Assembly (NCBI GenBank): GCA_046758445.1
Contig: JBHIAE010000074.1
Location: forward strand, 1 to 12,206
DNA: 12,206 nucleotides
Direction: 5' to 3'
Origin: Candidatus Thorarchaeota archaeon
Lineage (GTDB): Archaea; Asgardarchaeota; Thorarchaeia; Thorarchaeales; Thorarchaeaceae
The position numbers and the translations under genes are program-made. The notes beneath the pieces were generated by a model. That model was not told the origin of the DNA. It saw nothing but the letters and a program-made list of their open reading frames with translations, and made no database searches. This document shows positions 1-8,600 of the stretch, piece by piece (positions within the stretch are counted from its first letter, which is position 1; each line of letters begins with the position of its first letter).

Positions 1-1220
1 ACCTGAGAGGCATTAGATACTGAAAACTGGTCTCCAAAACTCTGAACCTCAGCTTGGTAGAGAGTCGACCTGTTCAACTTCCTCGCGTAGACGGTGACAT
101 TCACTGAGAAAGTGACACGGATTACTATGTTAGGGTCAGGATTTACAGGTTCCGGAATCCATGAGAATGTGGCATTTACTGCGCTACCCTGCCATGGAGT
201 CAACGCCGACTCTGTGACGGTTCCAATACTCCACAACCACCCCGCGTCGCTGACATTGGACACGCTGAGTCCATTCATGTTCAGGTTAACCTGCGTAGGC
301 ACAACTCGGGCCTTGATGAACACCCTGATGTTGTCCAATCGTACTTCTGGATTGAGCTGGGGTCGACATCCAAAGCTCCTCGTAGTTCTCATTCCTAACT
401 GAATTGTTGTGCCCGTAGCGTTCACGAGAGTAGGATCAGCCTCGATCAAACCTGTGGAATACCACGTTGTTTGAGCAAGGACATCACTGAATTGCAGATC
501 CCATAGATGATTCGTAGGAACGTCCGCACTGCCAACTTGGACATAGAGCTCCCAGAAACCAACCGGCGCACCTCCCCAGGCATCGTCAACCCAATAATCG
601 AGCGAAACTCCTACCCATGTTACTTCCCCGCGTCCGGGGCTAATAGCCTGCTCAGCGTAAGCCCGGTCCCCAAGATCGTGGCGGAACCAAAATCCAGTGT
701 CAAATCCGGACATTGTGAAACTGACATAGCCGCCCGTGATGGTTGAAGTGATTGTATTTGTGTATGTCCCCACGTCATCTGTGCCCAAAGTCCAGCTCGC
801 CCCTGAAGAAAAGTCAGGATTGACCAACCAAGTCCTATTTTCCTGTAGATCATCGACTTCAACCGACATTTCCGTGCCTTCCCACAAAGGGCCTAGAGGG
901 ACTGATACAGTCTGATCTGTTGTTGTGTTTGTCGTCTGATATTCGAGTTCAAGATCTTCGAACCTGTCTGTTCGCTGTCCATACTCAGATACATTCAAGG
1001 GAGAACCCACGCCTTCAAAACTTGAAGGCACATCCGAAAGTGAATATGAATACAGTGCTTCATCAGGACCCACGTCAACTGTTCCCCCGTTACCTAAGTC
1101 GACCAACTCACCACTCGACTCTCTTTGCACAAATCCTGGAGCATACGGGTAGACAAGCATCGCTCCGACGACCAAGGGCAGAAGAACAAGTAGCAACCTA
1201 TACATCCTTTTTTTCCTCAT
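1..1220 (-). CDS. Large secreted/cell-surface glycoprotein, N-terminal ~406 aa (3' end outside window); paralog of the 1569-aa protein
   Basis: Absent from the ORF track because it has no stop in the window. Manual translation from ATG 1220 is open to base 1: MRKKRMYRLLLVLLPLVVGAMLVYPYAPG...GSPLNVSEYGQRTD...VSVPLGPLWEGTEMSVEVDDLQENRTWLVNPDF...VRLDNIRVFIKARVVPTQVNLNMN...FSVSNASQ. Basic N-terminus plus hydrophobic stretch (signal peptide or anchor). Many N-x-S/T sequons (NVS, NTT, NRT, NAT, NVT, NRS, NAS). AGGAG 9 nt upstream. Confidence 0.9.
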   Translation of the reverse strand, partial: MRKKRMYRLLLVLLPLVVGAMLVYPYAPGFVQRESSGELVDLGNGGTVDVGPDEALYSYSLSDVPSSFEGVGSPLNVSEYGQRTDRFEDLELEYQTTNTTTDQTVSVPLGPLWEGTEMSVEVDDLQENRTWLVNPDFSSGASWTLGTDDVGTYTNTITSTITGGYVSFTMSGFDTGFWFRHDLGDRAYAEQAISPGRGEVTWVGVSLDYWVDDAWGGAPVGFWELYVQVGSADVPTNHLWDLQFSDVLAQTTWYSTGLIEADPTLVNATGTTIQLGMRTTRSFGCRPQLNPEVRLDNIRVFIKARVVPTQVNLNMNGLSVSNVSDAGWLWSIGTVTESALTPWQGSAVNATFSWIPEPVNPDPNIVIRVTFSVNVTVYARKLNRSTLYQAEVQSFGDQFSVSNASQ

Positions 1221-1229
1221 GGGGCGGGT

Positions 1230-1234
1230 CTCCT
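1230..1234 (-). promoter_or_regulatory. Shine-Dalgarno (AGGAG) for the left-edge surface protein gene
   Basis: ctcct on + reads AGGAG on -, 9 nt before ATG 1220. Confidence 0.55.
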
Positions 1235-1322
1235 GACTGGGTCCAAGAGTCCTCTGACTCAAACACAAGGAGTCATTCAGACGACGGCAGAGTGTACACT
1301 CTACTGGTTCACGTCAGCCTTC

Positions 1323-1336
1323 TTCTATAAATAGAA
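1323..1336. promoter_or_regulatory. Candidate TATA box inside an inverted repeat (TTCTAT-AA-ATAGAA)
   Basis: Reads TATTTATA on - and TATAAATA on +, about 105 bp upstream of ATG 1220 in an intergenic region. Confidence 0.4.
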
Positions 1337-1674
1337 TCTGTGTAGAACCTCGTTCCGTAAAACGAGCGTTGTGCCGATTTTCCGAGAGGCGTGACATGTA
1401 GTTCTTGCCAGTAATTCACAATTCCGTGCCATTCCGAGGAAGATTCCAATCCGACAGCATATCAACCCTCGATTCTTGGATAGGTCGTAATATAATATAT
1501 GAGAGAATCATATATATCATGGTATAACACTGTAACCAAGAACGTCGACCAAAGATACTTCGATTCTCCTGCCCTTAGGGCATCTTGACACCACACGCGC
1601 AGATCCCAGACATCTGTAATCTGTCGACGCTTACCACACGTTGAGAGTATGTCTGGCCGCGGGGGAACCAAACA

Positions 1675-2823
1675 TTATGGCCTAAGATGATCTAGTAGTG
1701 CCGCAATGGGTCCAGACAGGAAGTACTCTAGGTTAAGTAGGATGCCTACAAAGTGAGCAGTCCAGATGGCAACGAACATCCAACGATACCTTGCCATGTC
1801 TTCAGGTTGTCGAATGAGCAAAACGGGGATGACGAACCAAGAGTAGTACCAAATCTGAGTCCAGGAGAAGAGTATCAGTACGAGAGGAAGAGCACTCACG
1901 AATATTGCGCGCCAATCTCGCGTCCTGAATGACAGTCGTGGGAGAACTATTGGGCCATACTTCTTCGTCTTAAGAACCACCAGAAAGAATGCAAGAACTA
2001 GCACAGAAGGAGCAATCAGGGCGAGAGGTTGAGCCGATGCGAATCCCACAAAGAACGGATTTGTAGTCATGGTCGCGTAGCCGGGACTGTTGAGTATGTG
2101 TGCGATAAGACTCTCATACACCATGCCTGATGCAACAAGTGGCAGCAGTGTCACTGCAACCGTTCCAAAGAACGCAAGTGAAGCTAACGGCGCCATTGTG
2201 ACCAGAATCGGAAACATGAGTACTGGGTAGACTTTTGCCTGGAACGCAAGAGCTAGAATACCGAATCCGAGCCGCGGATGGTCTTTGTGAAACAGCACCA
2301 AGGAAGTGAGTAGAAGGAAGTCGACAAACGGTTCAACCTTGGGAAAGACAACTGAGAATGCGAACCCAAAGGAGTAGTATAACCAGGCAAGTTGTCGGAA
2401 CCACCTCTCTTCGAGGTAAGCCCGACCAAGGTAGAGAAACATAAGCAGATTGAGATGCACTAAGACAACAAGGATCCAATTCACGAAATAGTGGAACGGT
2501 CCGAACACTCCGGGCTCAATGATGGCAAGTACTGCATAGAATACCAATGTCACAATAGGATATTCATAGGTGACATTCAACACGCCTGTAAGAAGGTGGT
2601 CCTCCGGAACACCGTAGCCGTAAAAGAGATCTTGATCATTCAGGTCGTAGACACCAAGGCCCTCATGCCAGAAGAGCTCGCCATAGACCATGTTTCGATT
2701 CCTGTCTCTCTGAATCACGGCACTCTCAAAGACAGGGACCAAGAGGAAGAAGACAAGGAGAGAAACGACTACTGGCTTCCTGTAGCGATAGGCAACGTCC
2801 CTGAGACCAAGGCTCTCAGACAT
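1675..2823 (-). CDS. Polytopic membrane glycosyltransferase, GT-C superfamily (GT87/DUF2029-like)
   Basis: Roughly 10 hydrophobic segments. First-loop YEYP motif, 'KVEPFVD', 'GILALAFQAKVYP' and 'QIWYYSW' resemble GT87-type motifs (EYPP, KxYP, PQYxxW). ATG 2823 (MSESLG..., 382 aa) is preferred over GTG 2904 because it leaves room for a divergent promoter. Confidence 0.7.
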   Translation of the reverse strand: MSESLGLRDVAYRYRKPVVVSLLVFFLLVPVFESAVIQRDRNRNMVYGELFWHEGLGVYDLNDQDLFYGYGVPEDHLLTGVLNVTYEYPIVTLVFYAVLAIIEPGVFGPFHYFVNWILVVLVHLNLLMFLYLGRAYLEERWFRQLAWLYYSFGFAFSVVFPKVEPFVDFLLLTSLVLFHKDHPRLGFGILALAFQAKVYPVLMFPILVTMAPLASLAFFGTVAVTLLPLVASGMVYESLIAHILNSPGYATMTTNPFFVGFASAQPLALIAPSVLVLAFFLVVLKTKKYGPIVLPRLSFRTRDWRAIFVSALPLVLILFSWTQIWYYSWFVIPVLLIRQPEDMARYRWMFVAIWTAHFVGILLNLEYFLSGPIAALLDHLRP

Positions 2824-2875
2824 CCTGAATGCTTCTCTCCTTCTATTGTCGTACGCGCTTGATTGTGGCGTCTTC

Positions 2876-2892
2876 GCTATTCTTAAATCAGT
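2876..2892. promoter_or_regulatory. Candidate shared TATA element in the 104-bp divergent intergenic region
   Basis: ctattcttaaatcag is the only AT-rich patch between ATG 2823 (-) and ATG 2928 (+); it reads TTAAAT on + and TTTAAG on -. Confidence 0.35.
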
Positions 2893-2927
2893 GTCGAAAC
2901 CCACATCGGAAGCCCGGAGACATTTCC

Positions 2928-4367
2928 ATGACAGACATTCATCGACCCACGATCTCTGAAATGCTCAAGATAAAATCGGTGGCCATTGTAGGAGTTTCTT
3001 CATCATATGGTTACTATTGGCCACACTCAATGATGCAGTGGCCCCATGATTTGAGAATGTGGTTTGTTTCAAGGAGAGAGGGAGAAGTCCTAGGGCACAA
3101 GCTCTATCAGAGTATCTCAGAGATTCCTGAAGACATAGACTTTGCAATCATAAGAGTGCCCTACCAAGCTGTACCGGAGGCTCTGAAGCAAGCATCTGAA
3201 AAAGGTGCCAAGGGAGCCACAATCTTCACTAGTGGGTTCTCAGAGCTGGGCACCGAGAAGGGCAGACAGCGAGAGGAAGAACTAAAACAACTCGCTTTGT
3301 CGCTGCCAACCAGAGTCCTTGGCCCAAACTGTATGGGTATCACTTATCCAAAGATCGGGTTTGCCTTTATGCCGAGTGTCGAGCAGCGTGTCGGTAATGT
3401 TGGTTTTCTGTCACAGTCAGGTGGAGTTGCAATCAGTACCTACACAGCGGGCGTCGACTGTGGCATAGGATTCAGTAAAGTCTTCAGCTTTGGAAACGCC
3501 GCCGATATCACTCCAACAGAGATACTCCAGTACTTCGAGAATGATGATGAAACCTTGGTAGTCGGAGCGTACATAGAGGGAACGAGAGACGGCAAAGAGC
3601 TATTGAAGTCACTGAGAAGAGTTGCCGAGAAGAAGCCAGTTGTTGTGCTGAAGGGAGGCCGGTCCGAAGAAGGTTCTAGGGTCGTGTCATCTCATACTGG
3701 CGCTCTAGCAGGAAGCAAGGAAATCTGGGACGCGGCCTTTCGGCAGGCGAATGTTCCCACGACGAAGACACTGGAAGACCTAATCTCCACGTTGAGTCTG
3801 TTCTCACAGAGCCCATCGCCAAGATCGCGTAACGTTGGAATCATTGCGATAAGTGGCGGCGCAAGTGTCGTATACACCGATTTGTGCATCGAGAACGGGT
3901 TGCAGATACCGGAAACATCGAGCAAGACTATAGAGAAGCTCGATCCTGTGATTAACGATGTTGGTACCTCACTTGGCAATCCGATCGACCTAGCAGCGAA
4001 CTATTATGATTTTGGGGAGATAGGGCAAGTGATCCAAACAGTCGGACACGACAGTAGTTTCGACTCAATAATCCTGGAGGCTGATGCTCATCATCTCCAC
4101 CAGGTCGGCGCGGTCATGGGACTTACGGACATGGTTGGACAGTTCTGGATGACAATGGCTGAAGCTTGTAGAAACATTGTTGAGAATCTAGGGAAGCCTG
4201 TCTTGATAGTGGTGCCTGAAGTCGCGTATCCAGAAGCCACGGCCAAGGCGCGAGAGGTATTCGTTAGGGCAATGCTTCCCGTATTCAGAAACATCCACGA
4301 AGCAGTTGGGGCGCTCGCAAGAGTCTGCGACTACTATGAAACACTGAAGAGAAGAAAAGAGAAGTAG
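2928..4367 (+). CDS. Acyl-CoA synthetase (NDP-forming) alpha-subunit-like / CoA-binding protein (AcdA/SucD superfamily)
   Basis: Motifs SVAIVGVS, IFTSGFSELG, RVLGPNCMG, LSQSGG, FGNAAD, YIEG, KPVVVLKGGRS, phospho-His loop SHTGALAG, GNPIDL. Start reassigned to ATG 2928 (MTDIHRP, 479 aa) with GGAG at 2916-2919. Confidence 0.9.
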   Translation: MTDIHRPTISEMLKIKSVAIVGVSSSYGYYWPHSMMQWPHDLRMWFVSRREGEVLGHKLYQSISEIPEDIDFAIIRVPYQAVPEALKQASEKGAKGATIFTSGFSELGTEKGRQREEELKQLALSLPTRVLGPNCMGITYPKIGFAFMPSVEQRVGNVGFLSQSGGVAISTYTAGVDCGIGFSKVFSFGNAADITPTEILQYFENDDETLVVGAYIEGTRDGKELLKSLRRVAEKKPVVVLKGGRSEEGSRVVSSHTGALAGSKEIWDAAFRQANVPTTKTLEDLISTLSLFSQSPSPRSRNVGIIAISGGASVVYTDLCIENGLQIPETSSKTIEKLDPVINDVGTSLGNPIDLAANYYDFGEIGQVIQTVGHDSSFDSIILEADAHHLHQVGAVMGLTDMVGQFWMTMAEACRNIVENLGKPVLIVVPEVAYPEATAKAREVFVRAMLPVFRNIHEAVGALARVCDYYETLKRRKEK

Positions 4368-4399
4368 TGCACTTGGCTTGGAGCTTCGTTTCTTGTGGA

Positions 4400-5512
4400 C
4401 TATTCCCCGGCACAGCTGAAGACGAATCTCCTGAAGCTCTCAGATACAATCTTCGAGTATCCAATGTCGAGAGTGTCTACACGCTCAGCCCTCAAATTGC
4501 ATCCCATTTCCTCCATTGCCACCTTTACTCTATCCAGCCCCCACGTGTCCGTTGTGAGGCCTGTCTTCAGGGCGGTCAAGACGTCGAATCCATAGGAAGA
4601 CAGCCAGAGAGACTGTAGGTGAGCACGTCCATCCAGTATCGGGACTGTGATGTCCTCCATCTCCCTCTTCCGTCTATCAAGGATAGTGGGAATCAATCTA
4701 GAAGCCCTTGTATTCCTCATAGCTCCGGTGTCCAGAAAGAGGGTTGGGCCACCCTGCTGAAATTGCTCAGATAGGAGTTCTAATGCTGTGTCATAGATCA
4801 TGTCTAGAGCGGGCTCCACATCTTGGTGCTCATTCACACCTTCAATCAGCCGCCTTGGATCGCCATCATACCCGGCAAGCTCACTCATCCCAAGGCCTTC
4901 TAGCATGCCCTTCTGAGCATGAAACCATAGTTCCGGAGGGACTCTATCCAAGGTCTGTCGTATGCGGATGTAGACCGATTTCCAGCCATGTCTTCTCAAC
5001 AGTTCAGAGTAACTGTTCCAGATGACGATGGGCATCGCCAAACGAAACGGATGCTCGGACCTTACCGAGCGGAATCGATTCTGAATGACTCGTGGTGGCA
5101 AGATGTGTTTCAACATGTAGTCTGCGGCCAACACTACCGAAGAGTTAATTCGGAGTTCCCGGAGATCGAAGACAGGTGTTATGTCGAGTGTTCTAAGTCG
5201 GTTATTGAGAAGGTTAATCTCCTCCAGACCATTGCATTTCGCAAGCGGCCATAGATTCAGTTCACTGAGTCGATTGTCCTGCAGAAAGAGCAATCTCAAC
5301 TTTGAATGATTACTCAGTGGTGCCAGGTCGAGTGAGTCTAGGAGATTGTTCGAAAGATCGAGTGTCTCAAGCTCTCGGCATTGGTCCAAAGAGGTGATAT
5401 CAATGGATAGAGCAGCGCGCGTTCGAAGCTCAATCCTTGTTGTGGTGACTTCAAAGGGCCGCTCCTCTTGCCGACCATGAGGGCTAGTGTATTTAATCGC
5501 GAACTCTTTCAT
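4400..5512 (-). CDS. Leucine-rich repeat protein (3-4 N-terminal 24-aa LRRs plus ~245-aa unknown C-terminal domain)
   Basis: Repeats LETLDLSNNLLDSLDLAPLSNHSK / LRLLFLQDNRLSELNLWPLAKCNG / LEEINLLNNRLRTLDITPVFD fit LxxLxLxxNxL. No signal peptide. SD GAGGAGG at 5521-5527. Confidence 0.88.
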   Translation of the reverse strand: MKEFAIKYTSPHGRQEERPFEVTTTRIELRTRAALSIDITSLDQCRELETLDLSNNLLDSLDLAPLSNHSKLRLLFLQDNRLSELNLWPLAKCNGLEEINLLNNRLRTLDITPVFDLRELRINSSVVLAADYMLKHILPPRVIQNRFRSVRSEHPFRLAMPIVIWNSYSELLRRHGWKSVYIRIRQTLDRVPPELWFHAQKGMLEGLGMSELAGYDGDPRRLIEGVNEHQDVEPALDMIYDTALELLSEQFQQGGPTLFLDTGAMRNTRASRLIPTILDRRKREMEDITVPILDGRAHLQSLWLSSYGFDVLTALKTGLTTDTWGLDRVKVAMEEMGCNLRAERVDTLDIGYSKIVSESFRRFVFSCAGE

Positions 5513-5520
5513 AGACTAGT

Positions 5521-5527
5521 CCTCCTC
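5521..5527 (-). promoter_or_regulatory. Shine-Dalgarno GAGGAGG for the LRR gene
   Basis: cctcctc on +, 8 nt before ATG 5512. Confidence 0.75.
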
Positions 5528-5627
5528 ACTTGTACGATTCCAAAAGAGTATTGCTCAGTTGATGACAACCCTTGAGGTTGATTCCTCAAAAGGCGGCAAG
5601 TGGCGTCATCGCTTGATCCACAGTATC

Positions 5628-8600
5628 TCACTCTGGTGGGGAAATGGGAGGAGGGAGCTTTCGTTCACCAGCAATCAAGTAGCCGTTGTCTATGGCTTCG
5701 AAAGCAATTTGGTGTGCCTTCCTTTCACTGTGACCAAGTAGGATCACCGCTCTGATTATCGCTCCGGGTGTCACGCCGTAGTCAATCTTCAGGGTATTCA
5801 TGGCCTCTGATACTGGAGAGAGGTGACTTGGAAGGTCCTTCTTGACACCTACGTACCTCGTCATTAGAGATCCATCGAAATAGCTATCGAAGATCGGATC
5901 GAAGGACCGAGAGAATGCCTCAGAAAGCTCGGGGGTGTGAAACATCTGTCTTAGTGTGTGATCCTCATGATCATACAGTCCGCCCACCTCTCTGCCAAAG
6001 GCTTCTAGTTGGCTCTTCTGCCGCACAGATGCCGTTTCAACAGTTATCATGGCACAGATGAGAACTTCAGTCTGAACAGCTGTTATGACCTCAGTTATGG
6101 GAATCGCAGCCCAAATCGGTTCGTCCCAGGAGAACTCTGCCCTGAATTGCGATATGGCTGCGATGAAGGAGCTAAGCACTGACTCCTCAAAACCACCTTT
6201 TATAATCCTCGAGTAAACTGGGAGCCCTATGCTTCTATGGATTACAAGAATGCCAATCAGGTTCTTAGCATCGTTGAGCCGACCTTCCAGTGCCAGAAGT
6301 TCCAAGTTCCTTCGTGTCGCTGTGGCTGCGTAGAAACGTCGACCCATCAAAAAGACAAATGAAACAGAGAGTATTGCCAGAGCGCCAAGGAGTCCCGCAT
6401 TGAAGGTTCGGACCAAAAGTGCCCCTGGGTCTGGTTCCGAACTCAGGAATACTTCTTGAGTCATGACCTCATGGTGATTCTTACTGATTTCCACTCTAAG
6501 CAAGTAGAGGCCAGGAGCAGGGACAGTTATGTTGACATAATAGACCCCTGATTCTTCGACAAACGTTCCATGGAACAGTATGGTATCTTCGTCACTAGTT
6601 GTGTCGACCAAGAAGTACTCCACGGTTGCACCTGTTATGACGGCCCCCGTATCTGCGGCAATTGGCACCAGATGGAGGCTAAGAACTGTTTCCTCAAATC
6701 TGGTATACGTTTGATTGAGGGGGTGTTCAGGAGCCAGAATGATAGGTATCTTCTCGGCATCAAATTCGATGCTGAAAGTGGATTCCTCGTAGCCCACCTT
6801 GGCAAGCCAGAACGTTGCGTTCCAGTTCCCTGTGCTGGGAGTAAGTGTGAAGTTGTACCATCCATCTCCAGAATCTGTGTATCTGAAGAAGTCACGTATA
6901 GCTGTAGAGGGAGTAAGATCTGCACCAACGACACCATTCGCCAAAGTCGAATTGTAGAAGAGTGCAAACTCGTATGTTCTACTCTCGTAGTATGGGCCTG
7001 TAAATCCCAGGGCCGTGGCTACTGTTGGGATCTCTATTGCATCAAACCCAAACGAGATATCGGCGAAGGCGAAGCCCTGCTTGTAGAATCTCAAGAACAC
7101 TGAAAACGAGCCAACAGCAGGAACCCTGACTGAAACGTTGTAGTATCCTTCACCAGAATCTATCCAATCGACAACAGTCACGGGATTGTAGGTCACGTTG
7201 ACGGTGGCGCCTTGGATTCCAACGAACTCGGAGGTACGATACAGCAGCGAGAAGGTGTATGTCTGATTAAAGAATAGGGAATCTGGAAGTCCTTCTCCAG
7301 CAACACCGAGATCCGTTGACACAGGCCCGACAACTAGATAGAGTGTTGTCGCTGCAGTGGCGAGGTCCTGCTTTGCACCAGTCACCGTTATTACATAGAC
7401 TCCGCCGAAGTCGCCAGAGAATTCTATAGAGTAATTGCCCGGTTCCCCGGGAACCGATATCGTATTATTGTACCGAAGGCCCCCTGCTGGTCCAGACCAC
7501 GAAAACACAGAAACGTTCGCATCACTTATGCCTGTTCCATCTAGAAACATATACCTGAACTTGGCTGCGTACGTTCTTGAGGGCCCAATTTCCACAAACT
7601 GATTTCCAAGCACAGTCATGACAGTGAAGGTCAGTACATTTACTGTGATGGTGCAGTTCGATTCGTAGCGGTATGGCATTGTGACGTTGACAACGATGAC
7701 AAAGCTTCCGGCTCCAGTGATTGAGGTATTGAAGTCTGCCTCCCACCACCCCTTTGCCAGGTTTGGGCTGAATTGAATCTCGGTCCCTGACCAGTTGCCA
7801 ACTATTGAGGCTCCACCCAAGATTGGTTCTCCGTTGTCTTGGTCACGGATGTATACAGCTGCAGTGAAGTTCTCACCAAGCTCAGCCTCAATGTGGGGAG
7901 TGTATGGAAAGACAGTTAGCTGGTGACGGACTTCAAAGAGCTGGTATCTATGCGCTACTTCGGTTCCATTCGTCCAAAAGATGTCAACCATCCAATCCCC
8001 TGGTGTTGCGTTCAAGGGACCTAAAGTCCGCCCTGAGCTCACGACAAGTGATCCTGACATGTTACTAACTACCTCACTTGACCACACATTGTCGATTGGG
8101 CGATACCAAGTCACCTCTAAGTTCTGCACAAAGGAGGGGGACTCGAGTGATGTCCCGATGTCTACCTGACACCGTATCTTACTGCCGCTTCTGAAGACGG
8201 ATTCATTCTCCCATGAGAAACCTATGTCATCGTAGACCTGTGTTGACATAGCCCCGGCATAATTCGGTCCATTGAGCTTCACAGACCACCAGCCTACAGA
8301 ATCAACGGCACCCTTTGGCATCTCCAATCTACCCGGACCGACAATAGCCTGACTTGTCACATCAATGCCAAAGGAGTTCTCAACCGATGCATTCTCCCAG
8401 TCGCTAGGATGATGCACCACGAAGCCGACATTCTCGGCCTCGGGATACGAATGAATGAAAGTGAACAATGAGAGGTTTGAACTCCTATCAAAACCTACGT
8501 CATATGCAACGCCAATATCATCGAGGCTCATCGTTGATGAAGAGTTGTAGATTCTGTACATCCTGCTGACTTTGGTCGAGTACTCAAAAGAAATCGAGGT

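Noticed and set aside
94-1330. Track ORFs 94..402, 507..746, 920..1330 (+) and 620..862 (-)
   Set aside because: They are antisense or off-frame shadows of the real minus-strand gene 1220..<1.
1462-1671. 69-aa minus-strand ORF in the intergenic region
   Set aside because: Non-ATG start, no clear SD, no recognisable motif, and it runs through an AT-rich promoter-like patch.
2829-2927. N-terminal extensions of the 512-aa (+) and 409-aa (-) ORFs, giving a head-to-head overlap
   Set aside because: Downstream ATGs (2928 with GGAG SD, and 2823) fit the domain starts and leave a normal divergent promoter region.
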